Assembly: GCA_964016885.1 (NCBI GenBank)
Contig: OZ024742.1
Location: 323,826,001-323,890,000 of the forward strand
Direction: 5' to 3'
From: Eledone cirrhosa
Taxonomy: Eukaryota
Length of the DNA stretch: 64,000 nt
The notes under the pieces are model-generated. The model was not told the DNA's origin. It did no database searches and worked only from the letters and a program-made list of their open reading frames with translations. The translations under genes and the position numbers were made by a program. Positions 52,372-64,000 of this stretch are shown here, one piece after another. Every line of letters begins with the position of its first letter. The stretch's first letter is position 1.

Positions 52372-53569
52372 GTGCATGCTGGACTGCAGTCCATATTATT
52401 CTCTTCTGTGTTACTTTTTCTCTGCTTTCTATATTTTTACTCCTTTAGCTAAGCCTTCAAGCACTGTTCTATCCCTTCTTTGTCAGTTGACACACATTGG
52501 ATACTTTGTCAGCTATCATCATCATCATCATCAGGTTTAGCGTCTGTGTTCCACTATATTTGTGTAATTTGCCTAAAGGCATAACTTGTCATGTCTTTGT
52601 CTTTACCTGTTTTGTTATGTCCCAATGTGCACTGGAATAAACAGTATCTACCTTAATAACTGAAAAGTGATTTCCAGATGTTGACTGAGAAGACAGGATT
52701 GTCCATCTTTCTGTTGTTTTTCCTGTTGTCATTATCCTATGTCCTGTGTGATCCTTAATATATATATATGTATATATGATGTCCTCTCATGTCGTATATC
52801 GACATATGAGGGCTCAACAGACTTTTCAGTTCAATCTTTTATGGTTATGCCTTAAATAGCAGTTTAGTCAAGCTGCTGACTTACACATCAGGGCACATTT
52901 AGTGCAGATGTCAAGATTTTGAGTGGAGCAACATGGAATATTTGATTGGATCTTGGTGTTAGATCAACAAGATGAATGAGACAAGATTTTTCAAAGTTCT
53001 TTATACCTTCATGGCAGACGGTTTTCCAATTTCCATGGTCAGCAGCTAGGACTTTAAACAAATTGAGAGGTTCACAGAGAACAGAAGCTATGACATAACC
53101 CTGCTTCATACCGTTTGTGACACCAAAGGGTTCAGAGCATTCACTATTTGACCTAATTGAAGTTCTAACATAGTGGAGTCCTATAAGGCACTATATTGGT
53201 CCTATTTCTCTTCATTATTTACTTAAATACTGAGTTCAAATCCCGCCGAGGTTAACTTTGCCTTTCATCCTTACGGGGTCGATAAAATAAAGTACCAGTA
53301 ATGCACTGGGTAATTGCTGGCCTTGTGCCTAAAGTAGAAACAATTATTTACTTAAATGATGGTGGTGGATTGGCAGTATCGGTAGAGGGTTGGACACCAT
53401 GCTTTCCAGTATAGTTATGTCCCTTTACGATCTGAGTTCAAATCCCGCCGAGGTTGACTTTGCCTTTCATCCTTTCGGGGTCGATAAAATAAAGTACCAG
53501 TAATGCACTGGGTAATTGCTGGCCTTGTGCTTAAAATAGAAACAATTATTTACTTAAATGATATTATAG

Positions 53570-54440
53570 ACATCATCAAGCATAGAAAATAAGAATTTTT
53601 CCAGATGATTCCAAGCTTCAAAAGATCGGCTCGCTCTCGTCCAATGGGCAACAAAAAATAATAAGCTACTAAACGAAGATAAATTTGAACTAATCCACTT
53701 TGGAAAAAAGGATGCATTAAAGATACTCTATTTTCTTGCCTCAGATGAAACCCTCATGGTACCAAAACCTTGAAGTAATTGTTGATAACAACATAAGCTG
53801 GTCTACTCTCATAAACAACAAAGTTGACTTGGCCCACAGGATGTGTTCTTGGATTCTCAAAACTTTCCAGTCTAGAGAAATTTACACTATCATCCTACTC
53901 TATGCTACCTTTGCCCAGCCCCACCTTGAATACTGTTGTCCACTCTGGTCACCTCACACAAAACAAAGTATTATGAAAATTGAAGCACCCAAGAGGTCAA
54001 CTACAAAAAAGATAGACAGTATGACAGGCTTTGACTTTTGGTCTCGACTACCAAAACTGAAACACTAATCTCTCCAACGTCACAGAGGACTACATCATCT
54101 GTATGATGTGAAAAATATTCCATCAATATTGCCCAAATGATGTTGGCATCAACTTTAAAATACACCCATGGCTTGGTCGCCATGCTATTCACCCACTACA
54201 AAAATCAAATTTACATGTCATAGCAATGATACAACACAACTATTTCACCTCAACTGGTCCTGCTCTCTTTAATATCATATCAAAATATATCAAAACAGAA
54301 ACAGATCCCATAATATTCAAAAGCTCCCAGAACAAATTCCTCCAAGAAATCCCAGATAAACCCTCGACACTCGGATATGCCTCCAAAAATAGCAACTCTT
54401 TACTAGAGTTGGCTATGGTATCCAAAACATGACTAGGTTG
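53570..54440 (+). mobile_element. Decayed CR1/L2-group LINE fragment
   Basis: QPHLEYCCPLWSPH, GPALFN remnants. Confidence 0.7.
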
Positions 54441-54545
54441 GGAACCCATGATCTGAAAGACTTTGCCAGGTGGTGCTATTAAATTAGACATGGCCTGGGC
54501 CAACACTGGCCGAAACCTACCAAAGTTATGTATATATAAATATAT

Positions 54546-55597
54546 TATCATTATTTTACGTCCGCTTTTCCCTGCTTGCAAGGGTTGGACGGGTCCTATT
54601 CAGCACAGAATCTCTCCACTTGTCACGGTCCTTCGTCATCTCCTCCGTGAGTTTACAGCGATCTGAGGTCTGCTCTCACCACTCCGCCCATGTTTTTCAT
54701 GGTCTACCTCTACTGCGTCTTTCTTCTACTGGGATTTCTTGGCACTTTACCCAGCGGTCATCCTCCATGCGCATCATATGCCCATATCATCTCAGCCTTC
54801 TCTCCTGCACACCACAACTTATCCCTCTTATACCCAGTTTCTTTCTCAACTCGTCTATGCTTAGTCATTCACGCACATTGGCATTGCACATCCAACGGAG
54901 CATACTTGCTTCATTTCTCTCCAGCTGTTGCATATCTTCTGCAGTTGCTGCCCATGTCTCACTACCATGCAGCATTGCGCATCTCACACAGGCATCATGT
55001 AACCGTCCTTTCATACGCAGGGAGAAACCCTTCTTAGTCAACAGAGGAAGCAACTCTCTAAACTTCTTCCAACCCGTCCTTATTCTAGATACTATGGCCT
55101 CGGAACTCCTGTACATAGCTTGCACTGTCCTCACAAGCCATTCCTCTACACCTAGTTTCCTTAGGGACCACCAGATGACAGATCTGGGTACCCTATCAAG
55201 CCAGTCTTAAACTCCTCTGTTATGACTTGGAGGACTATAATGAACAAGAGCGGGCTGAGAACTGAACCTTGATGTACTCCTACTTGTATCTGGAATTCCT
55301 CACTAAACTCCATTCCTACCCTGACTTTACTGACAGTACCTCTGTACAAAGTTTGCACTGTCCTCACAAGCCATTCCTCAACCCCTAGTTTCCTTAGGGA
55401 CCACCAGATGACAGATCAGGGTACCCTATCAAAGGCCTTCTCTAGGTCAACAAAGGCTAAGTATAGTGGCTTATTTTTCTCTAAGAACATCTCTTGCAAT
55501 TGTCTCACCAAGAAGAGGGCATCTGTTGTACTCTTCCCAAGCACAAAACCAAACTGCATCTCATCTAATTTGACCCTTTCTCTAATCAGTTGCGCAA
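54546..55597 (-). mobile_element. Rearranged inverted copy of the second RTE subfamily
   Basis: 55205-55597 is nearly the reverse complement of about 50385-50785; internal deletions and a repeated segment. Confidence 0.85.
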
Positions 55598-55884
55598 CTG
55601 GAGTCTTTTTAAAAATATTTATTTCCTTTACCGATTTCACAGTTCTTAATTGGGATAGTAGAGTACAACAAATTAGAAAGATTTGGGGCAGCTGAGCCCT
55701 TTCTGTTCCAACAGTTTGTTCCAGACTGTTAACACAAACAGACTTACATTTCAGCAGGAGCGTGGCTTAAGTGATTGATGTGTTGGTAAAACAATGGGTC
55801 GTTTATATAAGGGTATAAGCTGTCTATGTAAGGGTAAAGTTTGTTTATAGGATGTAAAAGAAAAGTTTTAGAATGAATTGATTC

Positions 55885-55915
<31 letters not shown>

Positions 55916-57149
55916 CGTGGGAAAGTAAAAAGTCGGAGAATAGACCGTTAAAACATGTTTATTTAAAACAGCACCTACGTACGTTTCGCCCAACTGGGCT
56001 AACTCTCTAGCCCACTAAATATTAACACTTCGAATATTTAATACTGCCGGCACTAGTATCGAGCACCTTTGGCATACGCTACTTGGCAAATAACTATATG
56101 TATCACCTATCCCCCCTTTTTTTCTCTTTCTCGATACGTAAATACTGTATATATATATATATATATATATGTGGAGATGTTATATAATTTTATGTAATAT
56201 GTCCATGATGGTCCAGGTAATAGTCAAACTTTTCCCTGAGTCGGTTTTTTCGTTGTTCTGGTCCTAGCGGCTCGCTTTTCGGTTGCTGGCTTCAATTTGC
56301 ATAGCGGTTTAAACGTAATGTTATAACTCTAAGGTAAAATTCGTTATTGCGTGCTTTTGGCTGCATTTCCTGACAGCATTCGTTAGCTTGCCCACAACCA
56401 GAGCTCTGATTATGCTGTACTACTTTCTTATATATATATATATTAGGATCGGTGCTCTCAAATAGCGATGTATACATGATTGTATGCATGGTATATTTGG
56501 CAATATACGGTATATTTAATTAAAAACATTTAGAGGAAGACCATATGCTATCAGTTTTAAAGTAGTGACTATGTCACTTCTTTTCGGTGAAAGAAGGGAG
56601 AGAAGCTGACAGTCTGTTGCACGCTGGTTGGTGATCATCAGAGCCACGCACTTCCCTGCTTCCGCCGAAAATTATAGAAGCTGGATTCTTATAGAATTCC
56701 AGTAATAATCAGGAGCTGATTATACAGAGCGATTGCCAGTACAGCAAAAATTAGGTATTAGAATTGGTGCTCCGAAATAGCGACGTATACATGAATGTAT
56801 GTATAGTATATTTGGCAATATACGGTATGTTTAATTAAAAACATTTATATATATATATTTTGTATATATTTTCCAGGAGTGGTTTCTGTGTGTGTGTGGG
56901 GCTGTGCCAGTGAGTGAATGTGTGTGTATGTGTGTCTGTATGTTTTGTTACTTATGTGGAGATGGGTAAGAGAAACTGTGGTGTTGTAGCGGTGTGTATG
57001 TGTTGGGGCGGAATTAGGCTATGTTGAAGAATTGTCAAGAGGAAATGGAATTTATTTATCATCTTCATTTATTGGGTTGTGTGTGTATGTGCGATTTTAG
57101 TTAGATTTCTGGTTGTTGTATTTGTAGCTGGTTGTTGTATTTGTAGCTG

Positions 57150-57430
57150 GTTGTTCTAACTTATTTTATGAGCATACTCTCTGTTCAAAAACATCTGATC
57201 AGATTCTTCCAGGAATTAGGATTTAAAATATTATTACAGACTTCCTTAACCTGTACCAACTTCTTGGATGTTACCCTAAACTAGGAGAACCAGCTGCACT
57301 ACTGCCTGTGCAATTAATGTTCCGAAGAAACCATCCAAATTTTGTTTGCCAAGGAACAACTATTAAACAAAAAGGACAAACTTGTGACTTTGTCCAAGCA
57401 CCGGATTTACAAAACATACCTCAACTTCAG
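57150..57430 (+). mobile_element. Penelope-like element (PLE) remnant
   Basis: VQKHLIRFFQELGFKILLQTSLTCTNFLDVTLN (RT motif) and CN*CSEE..ILF..QLLNKKDKLV..KH (GIY-YIG C-terminal-like). A weaker remnant EENSLPFL lies on the minus strand near 59545-59570. Confidence 0.6.
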
Positions 57431-58592
57431 ACCTTCTCATGATCCATGAGGGTAAGATTATTTCCCAACATTCATTGTACACACCCACCCTGGCATATAT
57501 ACCCCTAGGTACACACAGTACATATGAACACCCAATCATACTTCTATACTGACATACATGCCCCTAGTTCCACACATACATAACTATCTAAAACCCACCA
57601 ACAGATGCCACAATACCACACCCAGACAGACAGCTAGCACCAGTGTATACATAAACACCTGCACAGATGCATACAGACACACACCATAGAATTATATATA
57701 CCTTTGCTTGCACATAAGCAGCCTCCTATACACCAACCCAAGCTGCACTTCCAACACTTAATCCATACAGGATAACTCCAAAATAGGTTGGCACCACAGC
57801 ACCAATCCAAATGCGGCCCCAGAACAACAACACTCACCCAGGCACTCCATTTCAAAAGTAATAATAATTAATTGTATGCAGAGTCTCCCTCTGAGCACAT
57901 ATAGGCACCCACGATAACATTAGGCCTACTATATTGCATAAAAAATGAGTTCAAATGAGTCACTGTCTCATTTCCCTACCTACTATACTGTGTCCAGTAA
58001 GGTGATTTACACATATGAATGTGTGTATACATATATATATATGTCTGTGTATCCTGGGTTCAATAGGGGGTAACCACAGTAAGTAAAGTACTCAATACAT
58101 AGCAGACTATAAATATTTAATATAGAAATAGCTTCTACTGGACTAGAACTGTTTCATTCATATATATATATACACACACATATTCATACTTGTAAATCAC
58201 TTTACTGGACCTAGTATAGTAGGTAGCGAAGAATGCGCCTCCCAACATAATTTAATAGTAAGTGATCTCAGAGTCAGGGCCAGACGTAATTGCCAGCAGA
58301 GGAGTACCTGGAAGATTATGGAAGTTGAAGAACCCCGCAGTAACAAATTCAAAGGCATATTACATGATGCTTTTGATAGTAAGGAAGAGCAATTAGAGTC
58401 ATACAGTATAGAGGAACAGTGGGAATTCTTGAAAGTTAACCTGTTGAAGGAGACTGATGAAATCTGTGGCTGGAGCAGACCTTTAGGCAGGAGGAGAGTG
58501 ACATGGTAGTGGAACAGAGTGACATGGTAGTGGAACAGAGTGACATGGTGGAGGAGTCCATCAAGGGCAAAAAGCAGGCATGGAAAGAATGG

Positions 58593-58793
58593 CAGAACTG
58601 CAGACACTAATGTTTCTGGGTATCACCCTTCATCAGTACAGCTCACTGTTCCCCAGCCAACTGTCAGACCTAGTGAAAATATATGCTATTTTGAAAATAG
58701 CATTTATTTTCACGAGCTCTGACAGTTGGCAGGTGAACAGTGAGCTGTACTGATGAAGGGTGATACCCAGAAACATTAGTGTCTGCAGTTCTG
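58593..58793. repeat. 201-bp near-perfect palindrome centred at 58693
   Basis: Arms CAGAACTGCAGACACTAATG... / ...CATTAGTGTCTGCAGTTCTG, with a few mismatches in the inner part. Confidence 0.95.
58742..58791 (+). ncRNA. Minimal type I hammerhead ribozyme (mirror copy on the minus strand 58595-58644)
   Basis: GAGCTGTA-CTGATGA-A-GGGT(GAT)ACCC-A-GAAAC-ATTAGT-GTC-TGCAGTTC; 8-bp stem I with G-U pairs, quasi-palindromic stem III; the 10.1-11.1 position is a non-canonical A.A. Confidence 0.65.
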
Positions 58794-60434
58794 TTTACAT
58801 GCCAACACAGGAGCAAGAATGAAGGGTTCATTCTACTGACATGGCTTTAAAAATGAGGCTTGTTTGCATAATGAATTGAATGTTATTATTAATATTAAAA
58901 AAACTCAGATTACATTTATTGTATTCAGCCATGTACAGCGAAATTTCTTTTTCTTTTTATTTTGAATGTGGCAAGGCTGGCCATTTATCACTCGTGTGCA
59001 GGATACTGACTGGCCGGTCTGCTGGTGTGCAGATCTGACTGATTGGCCAGTCTGCTAGTGTGCAGGTCAGACCAATCGGTCACTGTTTATTTTTGGAGAT
59101 GGCATGTATTTTCGCTGACTCTGACGGTTGGCAGGTGGGCAGTCGGCTGTGCTGATGGGTGGGTGGGTGGGGGGGGGGGGGGGGGGGGCTGGCGTGTGAT
59201 GCCCGGAAGCATTAGTGTCTGCAGTTCTGTTTACATGCCAACACAAGAGTAAGAATGAAGAGTTCATTCTACTGACATGGCTTTGGAAGTAAGGCTTGTT
59301 TGCATAGTTGCAAATGAATCAAATGTTGTTATTAATATTTGAAAAGCTCGGATTGCGTTTGTTGTATTCAGCCATGTAGAGCGAACATTTTTTTGAAATT
59401 TTTTAAAAATTTATATATATATATAAATATATCAGAATGGATGCAGTAAAAATCTGTTAGACCTTAACTCACCAGAGTACTCAATACTTGGGGTAGTAGA
59501 GTGTGGCAATATGAAGGATTCGGGACCCACAACCTTCTTTTGGTCAGGAAGGGCAGGGAGTTTTCCTCTGCTTGGTGGCTATAGCGAAAGAAGTTATGTG
59601 GTGGACAATGCTTAAAGAACTGAAGACACTTTTCTCTTCGGCCAATTCCTCATCAACTTTTTCAAGTTTCACTTGGAAAGAAAGATGAAGTGGAGAGGGA
59701 AATACTGACCCCCAATATATTTGCTAAAAAGGAAGTAAATGTGGTGAGGGTAGCCTGCTGGCTGGTTGATTTGAAAAGGAGAGTTGTGTCCTTCCCAGGT
59801 GCTCTCGGTGCATCGGGTGGTTCAGGATTGGCGAACTGTTGTTGTTATAGGGTAGTGGATTGGTAGAATAAGTAGAGCGTCTGACACATGCTTTGCAAGC
59901 ATACTTACGTCCCTTTACGTTGAGTTCAAATCCTGCCGAGGCTCGCTTTGCCTTTCATCCTTACAGGGTCGATAAAATAAAGCACCAGTAATGTACTGGG
60001 GTTGGTTTAATCGACCCTCCCGTCCCACCACCAAATTACTGGCCTTGTGCCTATAGTAGAAATAATTATTAGCAGTGGATTGGCAGTATCAGTAGAGGGT
60101 TGGACGCCCTGCTTTGCATCATAGAGTTACGCCCCTTTATGTCATACAGAACACTCAAGTATTTCAAAATTCATAACAGAGAAAAGCAGACAAAACGTTC
60201 GAAGGGAAGTAACTTACATTAGAAATCTTGTAGATGGACACACACACACACTAGATAGAAATTTCTTCCTATGTTCCAAATACAAACTATGGTTACACAA
60301 GAGATGTAATGGGATCTCTGGTAGGTTAATTGTTTGATGCACAGGTGCATTAGTAGCAAGAACGTCCTGCTGTGAGACAAGGTAGATCAGTGTCTTGCTC
60401 ATATATATATATATATATATCTAAGAACTGACTA

Positions 60435-60492
60435 ACTGCCTGATGAGGTCATAGCCATTCAATGGCTATCATCGAAATATATATATAGCAGT
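60435..60492 (+). ncRNA. Minimal type I hammerhead ribozyme
   Basis: ACTGC-CTGATGA-GGTCATAGCCAT(TCA)ATGGCTATCATC-GAAA-TATATAT-ATA-GCAGT, followed by AATAAA, between (TA)n tracts. Confidence 0.7.
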
Positions 60493-60533
60493 AAATAAAG
60501 GATTATGAGTTCATGCAATTGACTTATGTTTCG

Positions 60534-60591
<58 letters not shown>

Positions 60592-61656
60592 CGTGTGTGT
60601 GTAGCGAAAGAAATATTTTCCTACAGTGTGGTGTTTTCTTTTCACTTAGGGACACAAAGTAAGTGACCTGTGACCTCGCAGAGAAGACACTAGATAAATT
60701 CTCCTAACAGTAGAATTTATGGCACCATTCCTAGAAGATATTCTTAGGTCATCTGTTAAGTATCAAAAATAAGTACCTGTCATTATAGATAGGCAGTGAA
60801 TTGGCAGTATCGGTAGAGGGTTGGACGCCATGCTTTCTAGCATAGTTACGTCCATTTACAGTCTGAGTTCAAATCCCGTCGAGGTTAACTTTGCCTTTCA
60901 TCCTTACAGGGTCAATGAAATAAAGTACCAGTAATGTACTGGTTAATTGCTGGCCTTGTGCCAAAAGTAGAAAAATTATAGATAGGCTGTCCTGTGGTCC
61001 TAACACTCAGTCATTTACCTCTTCTTCTAGATACTACAGTTCACTGCCACTTCGCATGTACAACACAACCTCACCATAATAGAGTTTACTACTACCTCTG
61101 CTGGTACATACTGTCTGACTACAACTTGTTACTTTTTAAAGGAACATCCCATAGTAAATAAAGAGATCCCCGCACAACACAGAAGCCTTATTGAACACTA
61201 AATTCATTTGTGAACACTATAATCAAACTTTATATTTACGGTTTGAAGTAATCATATTTCCTTTTTGCTGAAGTGAAGTAAAGATATATATTCAACCAGA
61301 ATTATTGGTTTTGTTGTGTTTCTCATTCTCTTCCGAAACAACCAAAACTTTGCTTCATGTATATATATATATATATATATTAACTAGTACAACGTTCATT
61401 TGTCAGTGTTGAACAAACGAGCAACGATGGTTGCTAGACATTACGGCTTAATAAGGGATGTTTGTTTACAAACACACCTAGCATTATAATAAATGTTCGG
61501 TGAATCCATACGTACATATATATATGTGTGCATGTATGTATATATATATACATACTACTGTACGTCTGTATACATATATGTATGTACGTGTACATACTTA
61601 TATTTAAGTAACAGCCATACTAAGAGTGGGAAATGAAATTTTGTTTCATTTTTTCC

Positions 61657-61704
<48 letters not shown>

Positions 61705-61925
61705 AATTAAGTTAAAAATGTACATCCACATATGTATACTGAAATACTAGTATGCATATGAATACACACACGTATACATATGTAGATGTACCAAGTTTTT
61801 CACTGGTCACTTTACTGTGAGTGTCCAGCTATTCTGTATGAAAACACACAGACAAACCGGTTTTTAGAGTCATACTGGTTTTTGAGGAAACACCTTTCCT
61901 CTATTCTCCAGAAAGCCAGACAAGG

Positions 61926-61970
61926 AATATTGAACTAGTTTCGTTGTTGTTACAACTCATCAGCAATATT
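61926..61970 (-). ncRNA. Minimal type I hammerhead ribozyme
   Basis: AATATTG-CTGATGA-GTTG(TAACAA)CAAC-GAAAC-TA-GTT-CAATATT; 7-bp stem I, palindromic ACTAGT stem III. Confidence 0.7.
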
Positions 61971-62160
61971 TACCTATCTTCCGGCCTTTCTGGAGAATCG
62001 TAAAAGCACATATCGTTATATGCTTTTTCTATGAAAATTAGTAGTGGGCAGACTAATTTGCATAGAGTGTGAGTACGTACCGGTTCAACGGAGACGATAA
62101 AAAACAAATAACGAAACGAAATTAAATTTCGTTTCGTTTGTAACTCACTTTTGTATGACA

Positions 62161-62283
62161 CGCTTAACAATTAAGTTAAAAATGTACATCCACATATGTA
62201 TATATATACTGAAATATTCATATGCATACTAGTATTTCAGTATACATATGTGGATGTACATTTTTAACTTAATTGTTTAAGCG
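62161..62283. repeat. About 120-bp palindrome with a direct partial copy at 61702-61765
   Basis: CGCTTAACAATTAAGTTAAAAATGTACATCCACATATG...CATATGTGGATGTACATTTTTAACTTAATTGTTTAAGCG. Confidence 0.9.
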
Positions 62284-62289
62284 TCAGTC

Positions 62290-63562
<1,273 letters not shown>

Positions 63563-64000
63563 CAATCTTTGAGGTGTGGGGTCAACTGGAAAGCTTCCAT
63601 TACTCATACTTCTCGCCTTCATCACTACCTCTTCTACGGCCTCGATATGAATACCCCCTCCGCCTCCGTGGTATTTTCTTCGTGGTTATAAGAGGCTTAG
63701 CTCTGTTTCTCGACCGTTATATCGCGTGACTATCTCCCCCTCCGCCTTTTGGGATTCTTTCTCACGTCGTGTAGACGCGTTCTTGAGACTAGTAAAATGA
63801 GGTATCCTCTTGATAAGTCGGCAGACCTCGCAAGGACTCTATATCTTTGATATATTGTTTTTGTTTATGCCACGAAACTACGTAGTCGAGGAATTTAGGA
63901 ACAGTTTAGGTATGATACATTTTATTACTAATTATATCTAAATGTTTCTTCTCTCTTCATAATGTATTTTTTACTCTGATACTGGTTCAGTCTAGTTCAA

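Noticed and set aside
57310-57320. Selenocysteine recoding in the PLE remnant
   Set aside because: The in-frame stop is TAA, not TGA; simple decay.
58497-58550. 21-bp repeats resembling a CRISPR array
   Set aside because: Contiguous tandem duplication inside an RTE fragment; no spacers; eukaryotic context.

Overview
AT-rich, repeat-dense animal genomic DNA. The SINE/RTE families and (TA)n tracts resemble an octopod cephalopod (inference). Host genes: (1) The 5' end of a minus-strand histidyl-tRNA synthetase (HARS), mostly invisible in the ORF track, with several candidate phase-0 first exons: a mitochondrial-presequence exon (2258-2151), the canonical WHEP helix-1 exon (9790-9698), and a divergent acidic WHEP exon present twice (17815-17720, 28359-28264), plus truncated copies. 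Every WHEP-type copy keeps an ATTGCATCA (C/EBP-ATF amino-acid-response) motif about 60 nt upstream. (2) An intronless, divergent BUD23/WBSCR22-like SAM methyltransferase (45559-46380) with a presequence-like N-terminus and no C-terminal tail. (3) An unidentified plus-strand candidate exon at 6654-6794. A near-identical 10.5-kb tandem duplication (17508-38590) has its junction in LINE (GAT)n tails. Mobile DNA includes RTE, CR1-like and L1/Tx1 LINEs, a decayed Ty3/gypsy element, a non-autonomous LTR element with an extended tRNA-Trp PBS, a Chapaev-like transposase fragment, MITEs, many SINEs, and Penelope-like remnants with minimal hammerhead ribozymes. One hammerhead repeat copy looks like a reverse-transcribed A-to-I hyper-edited RNA. 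All calls were read by eye; no searches were run.
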